Part shown: positions 35,537 through 47,366 of the stretch, piece by piece
How the letters are laid out: each line of letters begins with the position of its first letter
Position numbering within the stretch: position 1 is the first letter of the stretch
Assembly: GCA_964609035.1 (NCBI GenBank)
Contig: CAZSQL010000003.1
Location: forward strand, 4,058 to 68,057
Reading direction: 5' to 3'
Source: an uncultured Candidatus Peribacteria bacterium
GTDB lineage: Bacteria; Patescibacteriota; Gracilibacteria; Absconditabacterales; Absconditicoccaceae
Length of the DNA: 64,000 nt
Notes under the pieces: generated by a model
Told to the model about the DNA's origin: nothing
Database searches by the model: none
Seen by the model: the letters and a program-made list of their open reading frames with translations, nothing else
Program-made: the position numbers and the translations under genes

Positions 35537-35668
35537 TTGGTCACATTCGTCAGGATTATTGTAATTAATAAACATACATTTCAAATTGAAACTTAAGGAA
35601 GCGAGCCTATGCGAGATTCCTTCGTATTCATTATTTCATTTTCAATTCAAATGTATGACTGTGACCAA
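35537..35668. other. Long (about 130 nt) imperfect hairpin, candidate sRNA or palindromic element
   Basis: CTTGGTCACA (35537-35546) pairs perfectly with TGTGACCAAG (35659-35668). Inner CATACATTTCAAATTGAAA pairs with TTTCAATTCAAATGTATG. Apex AAGGAAGCGAGCCTATGCGAGATTCCTT. Confidence 0.5.
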
Positions 35669-35776
35669 GCTAAGTAAAAAGACTTTTTTTGGTGACTTTT
35701 GTAAGTCTACAAAAGTTACCCGCCGGAGGCATATAAAATTATCATTAGACCTTCTGAATAATAATAGGAGAATAAT

Positions 35777-36367
35777 TTAATCTACCTTTTTTCTCAAAAT
35801 TTTAGATAAATAGAAATATAATTTTTTGATTCACCATAAAATTAGAATTCCACCGATTACATATATCATAACTTGTTTTCGACCATCTACAAAACTTGAT
35901 AATTGCCTTAAACTCACACTTCACACATATCACAGAAATAAATATACAGCTTTTACAATTATTGAAGTACAAAAAGAATAAAAGAAAAAATATCTAAATT
36001 TCATTTTTTTCATTCACATATATATCAATGATGGGGTAGCTATATATGGCGTTATTTTTATCAGAAGAAAATATATAAATGGAGCTTTTTTGGATATTTT
36101 TGTCAAAAAACCTTTCTGATTTTCAAAATCATGAAATCTTTTTAAAAACTTTATTTTTTTGATCAATGCACCAAAAAATCTACCAAAAAAATAAGCAAAA
36201 ACATCTCATATAATATCTCAAACAAATGCTATTAATACAACATACCACAAATTCAATATTCATTGTGCAGCAAATCCAGCAGCCACAAAAGATGTGATTG
36301 GTCATTCAGTTGTAGTCAAAAAAAGCAATAACAGATATATATGACTTTTGAGAAACTCAATTAACAT
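35777..36367 (-). CDS. DedA/SNARE-associated family membrane protein
   Basis: 196 aa. ...EGPITSFVAAGFAAQGILNLWYVVLIAFVGDIIGDVFAYFFGR... Confidence 0.75.
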
Positions 36368-36388
36368 ACTACAGAAAAATTATAAAAA

Positions 36389-37115
36389 TTATTTTCTATT
36401 CCTAATTTTATTATACTGCTCTACACTATAAGGATTGAAAGAAAATGTATGTTTTATATAGAAAAACATACCTTGATATCTAAATATATCTCTAAACATG
36501 GCAAAATCTTTTTTCCAACCACCCCAAAATCATCGTTTTTGAGATTTAAAAGTATTTTCAGCAGAGAAAGGATATCGTACCACAATTTTTTTATTTTTGT
36601 GCATATAGGTATTTATAGCTATTTCCAATTGATATCTGTCAAATTTATCTTCAAAAACCCTGCGAAGATCTTCTGTTCTCATCATCCTTTGCCCAGACAA
36701 TATTAATTCCCTATAAAATAATTTAATATACCATTTAGACAAAACACGTCTAAGTATTCACATATCAATTTTCTCATCTTGATACAGCCCATCTATAACA
36801 CATATAACTTCATCAATATTTACTTTTTTAAGATCTGAGTCAAAAAGAAAAACATAATCAGTATCGACTATTTTCAATCATTCTTTTATAGCATCAGATT
36901 TTCATTTGTTGTTTTTGTAAGAAACTATCTCAATATTTTCAAATTTACTATTTTTTACAAACTTTCTAGCTATATCAAAACTATTGTCAGTAGATCAATC
37001 ATCAACCAAAACAATTCTATCAAATTTAGATATTTGGGTAATCTTCTCCAAAAACTTCTACAATTCAGTCCTTTTCATTGTAAAAAGGTATTATACACGT
37101 GCAAGATTTTAGCAT
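36389..37115 (-). pseudogene. GT2 glycosyltransferase (dolichol-phosphate sugar transferase-like) with a +1 frameshift at a T5 run
   Basis: Frame A: MLKSCTCIIPFYNEKDGIVEV.. Frame B from about 37060: (L)EKITQISKFDRIVLVDDGSTDNS...FLFDSDL...KIVV(CGA)YPFSAEN. The frames switch within GAAGTTTTTGGAG. Confidence 0.6.
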
Positions 37116-37263
37116 ATTCACAAAAAATATATCTAAAAATACTTTTAAAAGATAAGTATATATAATCTTTAGTAATAAAATTTCAAGATAATAAAAATCA
37201 TTTGAAAATAGAGTATAAAAACTTAACCTTAAATTGATAATTTTATTGTATATCAAAAAACAA

Positions 37264-37464
37264 ATGGAGACAAAAGATTGTAATGGGAATATCTTACAAA
37301 CATGAGATACTGTCCAAACCATAAAAGATCTACCAGTAAAATGAAGCTCACAAATTTTCAAAAAATGAGAAGCTATCAAAAAAATACGCTTAACAGACGA
37401 TCCAGCTTATGTAGAAGTAAAATGAGTGTATTTAAAGACAGAGTTTTTGAAGAAAAGAAAATAA
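37264..37464 (+). CDS. PhnA C-terminal domain protein
   Basis: 66 aa. DCNGNILQTGDTVQTIKDLPVKGSSQIFKKGEAIKKIRL...YLKTEFLKK closely follows the PhnA C-terminal pattern. Confidence 0.7.
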
Positions 37465-37491
37465 TATTTTAACCAAAAGAAACAAAAAAAA

Positions 37492-37962
37492 ATGACAATA
37501 CCAAAAAATTGCCCACTAACAGAAACAGAGATCAAAAAAATGATAAAAGTAGCAAGAGACACACGTAAAAATGCATTTTCTCATCGCTCTATGCACAAAA
37601 TATGAGCTAGTGTTTTGACAATGGATGGTAAAATATTTGGATGATGTAATATAGAAAGTGCAATTAGTGGACTTGGAACTTGTGCAGAACGCTGTGCAGT
37701 AGACAATGCTGTTTCAAACTGAAAATATGATTTTAAAGCCGTATGTGCAATAGATTCGCATCTCACACCAGTTTGTGGAGCTTGTTTACAATACATACTA
37801 CTCTTTTCACAAGTCTCTGACCAAGAAGTATGGATAATAAACGCTGATATAAAATGAAATTATGAAATTAGATCACTTACAGAATTACTACCAGAATGAT
37901 ACAGGACAAAAAGTAATTTAGAATCAATCAGATCATACAGTAAAATAAAGAAAAAGAAATAG
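37492..37962 (+). CDS. cdd: Cytidine deaminase
   Basis: 156 aa. zinc-binding motifs GTCAERCA (Arg is CGC) and PVCGACLQY. Confidence 0.85.
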
Positions 37963-38100
37963 TCATTAGTCATTAGTCATTAGTCGTTAATCGTTAGTTC
38001 CCATATAAATTAAATAACAAATTGGGGCTATTGACTAATAGCTAAAGACTACAGAGACTATTATTAACTTGAAAACTTGATAACTTTTAACTTGATAACT
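37961..38100. repeat. Word-repeat dyad (AGTCATT x3 / TTGACTAAT) followed by AACTTGATAAC words
   Basis: AGTCATTAGTCATTAGTCATTAGTCGTTAATCGTTAGTT...ATTGACTAATAGC, then AACTTGAAAACTTGATAACTTTTAACTTGATAAC about 35 nt upstream of the LemA ATG. Confidence 0.65.
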
Positions 38101-38132
38101 AAGTTATTTTACCCACTTATATACACAAAAAA

Positions 38133-38753
38133 ATGACAGGAGAAGAAATTACAACAGTAGAAAATGTTGTTGCAACATGAGATGCAATGGCAAAAAGCAT
38201 CAACACAAACACAGTATTACTTATAGTTTGATGATTTATAGTTTTGTATATTATAGTAAGATACAATGCTCTAGTTAGACTCAAAAATCATATCAAAAAC
38301 TCATTTGCAGACATCGATGTACAAATGAAACTTAGATTTGATCTTATAGAAAACTTAGTAAACACAGTAAAATGATATGCAACACATGAAAAAGAAACAT
38401 TAGAAAACGTTACAAAAGCAAGAACTAGTTTTTTGAATGCATGATCTCCAAACGAAAAATTGGCTGCAGATAACATGCTTAGTGGAGCATTGAAAAGTCT
38501 TTTTGCTGTATCAGAAAACTACCCTGATCTAAAAGCAAATCAAAACTTCTTACAACTACAGACAGAATTGTCTGATATAGAAAACAAAATCGCTGCTGCT
38601 AGAAGATTTTTCAACTCTAGCATCAATGAATACAATTCTACAATACAATCATTCCCTACAAATATTGTAGCTAAATTATTTGGATTTAAATACGAAGAAT
38701 TTTTTGCTATCAAAAATGAAGCAGAAAAACAAGCACCTAAAGTACAATTCTAA
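38133..38753 (+). CDS. lemA: LemA family protein
   Basis: 206 aa. N-terminal TM, RYNALVRLKNHIKNSFADIDVQMKLRFDLIENLV...ENYPDLKANQNFLQLQTEL...ARRFFN. Confidence 0.85.
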
Positions 38754-38754
38754 A

Positions 38755-38880
38755 ACACAAAGGTCTCAACAGGTTGCAAAAAGTTTCAATAGGTTGCAAT
38801 GGGTTTCAAGGGCTTCAAAGAGCATGGCCCTTGCAACCTTTGCAACTTTTGTAACGCTTGTAACTTTGCAATATTTTTAT
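38755..38880. repeat. Dyad array of TTGCAAC/TTGTAAC words (family 1)
   Basis: Right arm CCTTGCAACCTTTGCAACTTTTGTAACGCTTGTAACTTTGCAAT has a 9-nt period. Centre CAAAGAGCATGGCC. Left arm holds the inverted words. Confidence 0.7.
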
Positions 38881-38910
38881 AACATTTAAATTACTTTAAC
38901 CAAAAAAACT

Positions 38911-39849
38911 ATGTACAAAGGTATTTATGATTCTATGCGACAAAATAGATTTAGGAGTTTTTCTCTTATAATACTTTTTCCAATATTCTTGTATCTAGTT
39001 GTAGCTATTATAATGACAATTTTAGGCGTAAATAGTGGTGAATGAATTACTCTATCTCAATCACGAAATTATGCATTATATGAGACAAACAACATTTTCA
39101 TATTACTTGGACCAGTAATATTGATACGATGAATTATATCCTTTTTATTTTATAGACAAATGATATTCAAATTTGCAGGAGCTAGACCAATTACTAGAAA
39201 AGAAAATCCAGAAATTTACAATATAGTAGAAAATCTATGTATATCCAGATGATTACAAACCCCCAAAATATGAATCATAGAAGATGATAGTTTAAATGCT
39301 TTTGCTACATGATGGAATACCAAAAATTGACGAATAGTATTTTCTAGATGACTATTAAATAAATTAAACAAAGCTGAAATAGAAGCTGTAGCAGCACACG
39401 AATTAACACACATCATAAACAAAGATTCACTTATGATGATTATTATAGTAGTTTTTGTTTGAGTTGTTTGAACATTATGACAAATATTGATCAGAGTTTC
39501 ATGAAATTCTAAAAATGAAAAATGAGGAAATATTTTGCCACTTATAGGGCTATGACTTCTAATACTTTGATATTTGATATATCCTTTAATCAGACTTGCA
39601 CTTTCTCGCAAAAGAGAATATTTAGCAGATGCCTGAAGCGTTTACCTAACAAAAGATAAATATGCAATGATCTCTGCTTTACAAAAAATTAGCCAAGATT
39701 CAACTATTGAATCAATACAAAAAGATACTGTAGCAGCTATGTGTATAGAAACACCTTTCTCCAAAAAGAAAAATAATTGATTTTTTAGTAATATGCTTTC
39801 TACACATCCACGCATACAAGACAGAATAGCAGCATTAGAAAAATACTAA
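38911..39849 (+). CDS. htpX: M48 family zinc metalloprotease HtpX
   Basis: 312 aa. NAFATG, AHELTHIINKD (HExxH), multiple TM segments, C-terminal STHPRIQDRIAAL. Confidence 0.85.
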
Positions 39850-39851
39850 TA

Positions 39852-40000
39852 AACGATGAGGCGTTCAAACGATAAAACGATCAAACGTTGAAATGGTAAA
39901 GCGGTGAAACGTTGAACAGTTGCAAAGTTTTGCCGTTTTCCCGTTCTATCGTTTTATTGTTCTATCGTTCTATCATTTTCTCGTTCTATCGTTTTCTTAT
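39852..40000. repeat. Dyad array of AAACGAT / ATCGTTT words
   Basis: AAACGATGAGGCGTTCAAACGATAAAACGATCAAACGTTGAAA...faces...CCGTTCTATCGTTTTATTGTTCTATCGTTCTATCATTTTCTCGTTCTATCGTTTTC. Confidence 0.65.
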
Positions 40001-40144
40001 AAAATCATTTGACTTTCCATTCTTGTTTCTTAACATACAAATGTTACTATTTCAAAACAAACATGATAAATCCAAATTTCTATGTTATTTTAAATTAGTA
40101 ATGCCTATTTAAAGGCTATTTTTATTATTTTGTATAATTATTAA

Positions 40145-40420
40145 ATGACAAAAGTTGACAACACCAACCTATTCGTTGGAAATTTCTCATGGAACATGGG
40201 AGAACAAGACATGAGAGATCTTTTTGCTCCATACGGAGAACTTGAAGATGTAAAATTAATCATCGACAGAATGACAGGTAGAAGTAAAGGATTTGGTTTC
40301 GTAAAATTCGTAAACGAAGATGATGCAGCTAGAGCTTTAGCTGAATTAAATGACAAAGAAGTTGACGGAAGAGAAATCAAAATTACAGTTGCTAGACCTA
40401 GAGAAGAAAGAACTTATTAG
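40145..40420 (+). CDS. RRM-type RNA-binding protein
   Basis: Intact 91-aa ORF. RNP-2 LFVGNF and RNP-1 KGFGFVKF. Confidence 0.85.
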   Translation: MTKVDNTNLFVGNFSWNMGEQDMRDLFAPYGELEDVKLIIDRMTGRSKGFGFVKFVNEDDAARALAELNDKEVDGREIKITVARPREERTY

Positions 40421-40444
40421 TATTACTCAAATACTGTTAACAAA

Positions 40445-40474
40445 AAAAAAGCTCGAATTAATTCGAGCTTTTTT
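40445..40474. terminator. Bidirectional rho-independent terminator
   Basis: A-run, AAGCTCGAATT|AATTCGAGCTT perfect palindrome, T-run. Lies between convergent genes. Confidence 0.7.
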
Positions 40475-40481
40475 ATAATTT

Positions 40482-40655
40482 TTAATTTTCTTTTTTTATA
40501 AACACTCGTCTATTCCCCTCTCATTTTCTTGAACCACAACCTTTGTTTCATTTTCATTCACTAAAAGATACATGTTTTCATCATTCACATTTTCACATCT
40601 TATGTCATGTCATAGGTCATTTACCTTGTGGTCATGTTCAATCTCTTTTTGGCAT
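40482..40655 (-). CDS. DUF5320-like small Gly-rich protein
   Basis: 57 aa. MPKRDGTGPQGKGPMTGHKMGKCEGGKH... About 10 of its Gly codons are TGA. Adjacent to a DUF134 gene, as is common. Confidence 0.6.
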
Positions 40656-40680
40656 CTTTATATAAGTTATTTATAAAATT

Positions 40681-40983
40681 TTATTTATCTATTTTTATAG
40701 ATTTAACATTAATTATTGCATCAGTAATTTTATCTACAGCTTGATTATAAATTCTAGCAAATGTAGATTTAGAAATTCACATTTTTTCTGCTCATTGAAT
40801 AACATCAAGTTTATCAATGTTTTTTAATCTCAATGCTTCTATTTCATCATGAAATAGAATTACTTCCTCTAATTTAGAATTTGGAATTCATGCTGGCTTA
40901 AAATATGCTACATCAACAAAAAAATCAATATTTCTCATCTTTCTATTTCTACCTCTTCCTCTACCACATCAAAATCAATTCAT
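40681..40983 (-). CDS. DUF134 (UPF0251) putative DNA-binding protein
   Basis: 100 aa. GRGRGRNRKMR...YFKPAGIP...EEVILFHDEIEALRLKNIDKLDVIQGAEKMGISKSTFARIYNQA. Confidence 0.7.
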
Positions 40984-41081
40984 AGGAACAATACGATAAA
41001 TAAAAATTAATTATGGGAATATTCCCATAATTAATTTAAACTTTTTTGTATTAAATGCAAGAGAAAGTATATTTATAATAT

Positions 41082-41963
41082 TTAGTATCAAAGTAAACTT
41101 TTTCTTATATATTCCACCTCTTTATGATCATACCAGGACTGTTTAAATTTTGATAATTTATAAACATACTCTATAGCAGAATGATTGTAATATTGATCTT
41201 CATTATACACAAAAATATCTGGATAATTGATTTTTAAATACTTTATAAACCCAGCCATAAAAGAAATTTCATTCAAAGAAGTATCATCACATCACTCCAT
41301 ATTTATCATAATATTATCTCTCAAAATCTTCAATCACTCCATATACAAAGGTCAGAAAAAACCTTGCTCAAAATCTATTACACCAACGACATTTTCTCAA
41401 TCACACAATATATTTTTTACCCAAAAATCATAATGTATCAATCAAATATTCTCAGTATCCAACGAATTAAAAGTTTTAACAATGTTTTTATTCAATAATT
41501 CCATCTCTCATTTTTTTAAGAAAGGATTGTTTCTGGCCTTTTTATACAAATATCTATATCTATTTTTATAATGTTTTAAAAAATCAAAATCAGTGAACGG
41601 CTTTATGGAATTAATCTTCTTTAAAATTTCTGTCAATTGTGCAAAAATATTTTCTTTATTATCAATATTGTGCCATATATCATCCAACAAATAACCACTC
41701 AACCTACTCATAATAATTATTTTTTGATCATCATAAGATGATAAAATTTTGGGGAAATATTTTTTATTAAGTAACTGTAATCTATTTAATATATCTAATT
41801 CATGTATATAATTATCTTTTCTCTTATATTTTTTAATAATAATTTCATTATTTCACCAAATATAATTATTATCAGAATTTTTTATTCTTTGTACTGCTAT
41901 ATTTTTATCATCGCATAATTTCTGTACAAAAGTAGGAAGTTTTTGCATTTTAATATTTCTCAT
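41082..41963 (-). CDS. Aminoglycoside phosphotransferase / choline-kinase-like kinase
   Basis: 293 aa. LIHYDFWVKNIL...VVGVIDFEQ (Brenner and DFE motifs). Two ORF-track pieces in frame. Confidence 0.65.
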
Positions 41964-42702
41964 CTAAAAAAACTACTTCTATACCAAAATCCTTTTTCAA
42001 CTTTTCTGCCAATGTTTGTACTCCAAAAACCTCTGTTTCATAATGTCATCACAACAAAACACTCTGCCCCATTTCTTTAGCCGAAATTATTTCATAATGA
42101 GCTCATTCTCCAGTAATCAATAAATCATATTTTTTTTCTTTTGTTGCTTTAGCACTATAAAGTCCTCCACCACTACTAAAATAAACAGAATTAATTTTTT
42201 CTTTATTTCAGAAATTATATATTTCTGGCACTATTCATATGCTTTTACAATAAATTTCAATAACATCTTTCAAAAAAACTCAGTCTATAAATTTTAATCA
42301 AAAAGCATGTCAATTTTGTTCAATATCAAAATTACTTATATTCATGATTTCTACAAATTTGTTTAACATCACAATATTGTTACCAACTTCCTCATGACCA
42401 TCCAGAGGAAGATGGCACGCATACAAAGATATGTCATTTTTTATCAATTTACTTAATTTCTGATAATGAACTCATGTCACTATAGGATCAAATCACCAAA
42501 ACAATCCATGATGACAAATCACCATATCTACATTTTCTTTTACAGCTTTATCAAAAATATAAGTACTTGCATCTACCGCATATCATATTTTTTTAATATC
42601 ATTTTTTGTGGTATCTACTTGCAATCCATTTTTACTAGTATCCTCATACTGACCAATTTTTAAATATTCATTTAAAAATTTAATTAAATCTAATTTTTTC
42701 AT
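41950..42702 (-). CDS. Nif3-like dinuclear metal-centre protein
   Basis: 250 aa. NGLQVD, MVICHHGLFW, ACHLPLDGH, GGHYETE. Confidence 0.8.
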
Positions 42703-42834
42703 TTTTAGATATTTAAGTATAAAACAGAATTATGTTAAATATAAAAACATTGTTTTCAATAAATTATGATAATTTATTAATTGCAATAAACTGTTTTTTT
42801 AGTATTTTATCATCATTTATATAATTATATCAAT

Positions 42835-43005
42835 ATGTTTTGAGACACAATCATAGCAAAAATAATAGCCATAATCTTTATGACAATCAGCACCTTCTCT
42901 ATTTTTATTTTAACCACACGAAGTTTAAGTAATTTTTTTAAATACAATATATGATTCAAAAAAATATTAATTTTTTCAATGATTATTTTTCTTTTATTTG
43001 GATAA
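42835..43005 (+). CDS. Two-TM ORF in frame with the downstream metallophosphoesterase (separated by one TAA)
   Basis: MFGDTIIAKIIAIIFMTISTFSIFILT...ILIFSMIIFLLFG then TAA (43003-43005), ATT, ATG of the next ORF. Confidence 0.35.
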
Positions 43006-43008
43006 ATT

Positions 43009-43911
43009 ATGTTTACCAAACAATTAAGCTGAATATTTGTTGATATTGTATCCACTTCAGTAGTACGAATTTTTTATGCTATTTGGGTTGTTCTACCAGT
43101 TATCATAATATTAAATATTATAAATTTAAAATATAAAGTACCATTTTATATAAGCATAATTATCTGTTTATTGCGAATTATTTTTTGAGTTTATAGTGGA
43201 ACACAAAAAAAGATTGTAACTTTGGAAATTGTAAATGAAAAAATACAAGAAGATATGGATATAGTTTTTATAAGTGACTTGCATATAAATATATTTCAAA
43301 ACAAAAATTATATTAAAAATATAGTCAAAAAAATATCCACAATCAACCCTGATCTTATATTAATATGATGAGATATCGTAGACTCACCAGAAAAACATTA
43401 CAAGAAAGCTTTTTTAGAGTTTAACAATATAGATATTCCCATTTTTGCTACACTAGGAAATCACGACAATTTTTGAGAAAAGGATATAATATTAGATTTA
43501 TTAAAAAACATAAAAATCACAACATTGAGAAATGAACAAATAAATTTCAAAAATATTTGAATTATTGGGATTGATGATAAAAGTTATCGATTATGAAAAA
43601 ATCTAGATGATATATTGGGCGAAATAGAAATTAAAAATAATTGAAAATTTAATATATTGATATCTCATCAACCACAGCATTTAACAAAGATAAAAGACTA
43701 TTATATCGATTTACAACTTGCAGGACATACACACAAAGGACAGTTTGTGCCAATATCCTGGATAGTTTGAATATTCAATGACTATAAATATGGTAAGTAT
43801 ATACTAGAAAATCAAACTGCATTCGTATCTCAATGAGTATGAAATCGATGAGCTCCAATAAGAGTATGAACCAGTAGCGAAATAGTATTAATCAAACTTA
43901 GAAAAGAATAA
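43009..43911 (+). CDS. Membrane-anchored metallophosphoesterase (YkuE/YaeI-like)
   Basis: 300 aa. FISDLH, LIGGD, TLGNHD, LAGHTHKGQ. Two N-terminal TM helices. Confidence 0.75.
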
Positions 43912-43924
43912 TAAAATTGACTGC

Positions 43925-44095
43925 TACAAAAGATTACAAAGGTTTCAATAGGTTTGCAATAGGTTTCAATAGGTTTCAAAGGGTTACAATAGGTTTCAAA
44001 AAACATGGTATTTGCAACCCTTGAAACTTTGTAGCCTTTGAAACATTGCAGCCTTTGAAACTTGTAACTTGTAACTTTTAACTTTCTAACTATTA
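43925..44095. repeat. Dyad array of AGGTTTCAAT / CTTTGAAAC words (family 1)
   Basis: Five to six phased AGGTTTCAAT units, centre AAAAACATGG, then TTGCAACCCTTGAAACTTTGTAGCCTTTGAAAC...TTGTAACTTGTAAC running to 5 nt before the ATG at 44099. Confidence 0.7.
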
Positions 44096-44098
44096 CCC

Positions 44099-45403
44099 AT
44101 GCCAGAATTATCAAAACATTTTCAATCTAGGAAACCATCTGCAATCAGGACTGCACAAATCGAATTTATGAAAAGAGCTGATGACACGATAGCAATAAAC
44201 ACAGCTATATGAAACGTATCTTTGTCAATGCATCCAGCTATGCAAAAAAGAATGTTTAATTTGAAAAACGAAAACAGTCCATTTAAAAATTGAGTAGTAA
44301 AATATACTGCAACAGTATGAGAAAAAGAGACAAATGATGCATTTTTAAATATTATTGCATCTAGTGGCTTTGATACAAAATGATTGTATTCTCAGATCAC
44401 AGATGGATGAAGCCAAGCTATGGAATTGATCATATTATGAGTTTGTGGTGAAGCTGGAAAAGATGAAAAACCATTACTTCTCATAGATGCTGCATACACA
44501 AACTATGTCGCTATGGCAGAAAGAGTTGGCAGAAAGACCATATCTGTAAGTAGAAAATTACAAGACGATGGACAATTTACATTGCCAGATATGTCTGAAA
44601 TAGAAAAAGTGATTGAAACACAAAAACCATGAGCTATAGTAGTAATACCTTACGACAATCCTACATGACAGTACTTTAATCTAGAAAAAATGAAACAAAT
44701 AGCTCAACTTTGCGTAAAACATGATTTATGGATGATAAGCGATGAAGCATACAGAGAATTTTTTTATACATGAGAAGATGTATCTAGTATCCGATGAATC
44801 ACAAACAATGAAGTACCATGAATACAGTGAAGAAGAATTAGTATAGAAACATCTTCAAAAGTTTGGAATGCTTGTGGACTTAGAATAGGCGCAATCATAA
44901 CAGACAACCAAGATTTTCATACAAGATCGGTTGCCGAAAATACAGCATGATTGTGTTCAAATGCTATAGGACAATATATTTTCTGATCCTTGGCACATGA
45001 ATCCAAAGAAGATTTAAACAAACGGTATCAAGATCAAAGAAAATATTATTTTGATATGATGAACAAACTTACAATTGAATTCAAAGATAAATTACCATGA
45101 ATTATAGTATCATCTCCAGATGCATCTATATATTCTGTAGTAGATGTAAAAAACATAGCAAAACCTTGATTTGATGCTATGGAATTTGTACTATACTGTG
45201 CTCAAAAAGGATCAATAGATATTAATTGAAAAAATCACACACTACTAGTATCTCCCATGACATGATTTTACAAAACAAAAAATGGAGAAACAAATCCATG
45301 ACTTACTCAAATGAGAATCGCATACGTAGATACACCAGAAAAAATGGCTATAGTGCCAGAACTCTTTGCTAAATTATTCCAAGAATTTGAAAATCTAAGA
45401 TAA
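44099..45403 (+). CDS. PLP-dependent aminotransferase, class I/II
   Basis: 434 aa. ...YDNPTGQY..., ETSSKVWNACGLRIG (PLP-Lys context). Confidence 0.8.
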
Positions 45404-45566
45404 AATATAAAATTAACACAATCAAGGTATTCTTCCCCTAAAAGGAAAACCTGTACTACAATATTGCGGCATCATTTTATTATAATTATAAGTATTATAA
45501 TTTCTAAAAACAAAAACAAACCAACTTAGCAAACTACCAAATACTATTTCAAAAAGTTTTTGTATC

Positions 45567-46322
45567 TTAAATTTTCTTAACTACATAAAAACCATAACTT
45601 ATATAATCTTTGTATTTTTTATAAAGGTAAATTTCCTTCTTTTCACCTTCAACTATATTCCTAGCTATTTTTGAATTATTATGCCTTTTTAAAAAATCAT
45701 TTAAATTATTTTCTATAGGTTGGTAATAATTATCAAACCAATTACTTTGAGGTAAATAAAAATAACCAACCAACGAAAATCAATTTTCTTCTAAGATTTT
45801 TATTTTATTTGATGCAGTATTAATTTCAGGATATTCATTATTCCAATGTTCTTGAATTTCTCTGGTTCTTTTTGTGGTTAGCCATGTAATTTCACTTAAA
45901 GCCATATATCAACCTTTTTTAATAAATTGCTTCCAATTTTTTATTCCAGACTCAAAGCCCATATTATAAATTGCTCCCTCAGACCAAATAATATCAAATT
46001 GTTCTTTTTCAAAAGGAAGTTTATCCATAGATGCCTCTAATGTTTTTATCTTATTTTCAAATCCTTCTAATTTAGCATCTTGTTTCAACTTATTCAAAAA
46101 ATCAGGAAATAAATCAACTGCTGTTATTTGACTATTAATTGCCTTAGCAAGTGAAATTGTTTGGGAACCAGAACCACAACCAATATCTGCAATTTTATAT
46201 GTTTTACCTTCTTGTATATCAATAAAACTTAAAGCCTTCAAAGTAGTCCCATTACTACCAGGTCCTTGTCTTTTATTATTTTTATGTAGATCTATTAGTA
46301 ATTCCATATATAAATCATTCAT
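45567..46322 (-). CDS. Class I SAM-dependent methyltransferase
   Basis: 251 aa. IADIGCGSGSQT motif I. ORF-track pieces 45909..46322 and 45567..45773 are in frame. Confidence 0.75.
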
Positions 46323-46415
46323 AATTTATATCCTTATTAAAAATTAAATTTCGTAACCAACGTATATCATAAATTTTCCTCAATATAAATATTTTTATAT
46401 ACCTTAAATTATTTA

Positions 46416-47366
46416 TTACTCATCCAATAAATCATGAACCTCTTTCAAATATTTATCATCTACATGAGTATATATCTGTGTAGTAGTTATACTAGAATGA
46501 CCCAATAAAGTTTGCACAGCCCTAATATCTGCTCATTTTTTCAAAAGTGTAGTAGCAAAACTATGACGAAGTGTATGTGGTGTCACTTTCTTTTTTATTC
46601 ACGCTAGATCTTTATATTTTCTAACTATATCTTCTATTGAATTTCTACTCAGTGGCTTTCACATACTATTTCCAGATAAACTTACAAATAAATAGTCTGA
46701 ATCATCGTATCTAGCTTTTAAATACTCTAACAAAGCTTCTCTAGCATGTTTTGTCATAAATATAGCTCTAATTTTTGATCATTTTCATACTACAGAAAAT
46801 TGTTTGCTATCAGCATTTATTTGAGATCTTTTTATACTCACAAGCTCTCAAACACGAAGCCCAGTCCCATATAACATCCAAAGTATAGCAATATCTCTTT
46901 TAATCTTTAAACTATTTTCTACATTCTGAATTCATCATTTTACACTCTTCATAGGTGCTTCCATTATTTTTTGCACCTCATCCTCCAACAAATAATTTAC
47001 TTCTCTGTTTGGTATTTTAGATAACTCTAATTTTTCTGGAGACATGCAATCTATATCATTTTTCAAACAAAACTTAAAAAACGATCTTATCGCCACTATA
47101 TGGTAATTTATCGTTTTTTTTGATAGACCAAGACCATTTAAATACATTCTATAATCAAGCACATGCATTGATTTAATCTCAGTTACATTTATATCTCAGA
47201 TATAATTTACAAATCTATTTAGCCACAGACTATAATTTTCCAAAGTTTTAGGACTATTATTTTTTTCATATTCCAAATAATAAAGAAATTTTTCTATAAG
47301 AGATTCTATAGATAAGCTAAATCTAGAATTCTGTTCCTGTTGAAACTTCTTGTTGTTCAATACCAT
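46416..47366 (-). CDS. Tyrosine recombinase, XerC/XerD family
   Basis: 316 aa. ...GLRVGELVS...[39 protein letters not shown]. Confidence 0.8.

Noticed and set aside
35537-35668. SRP (4.5S) RNA because of AAGGAAGCGAGCC at the apex.
   Set aside because: The GGAA tetraloop context and the symmetric/asymmetric loop consensus of domain IV are not reproduced on either strand.
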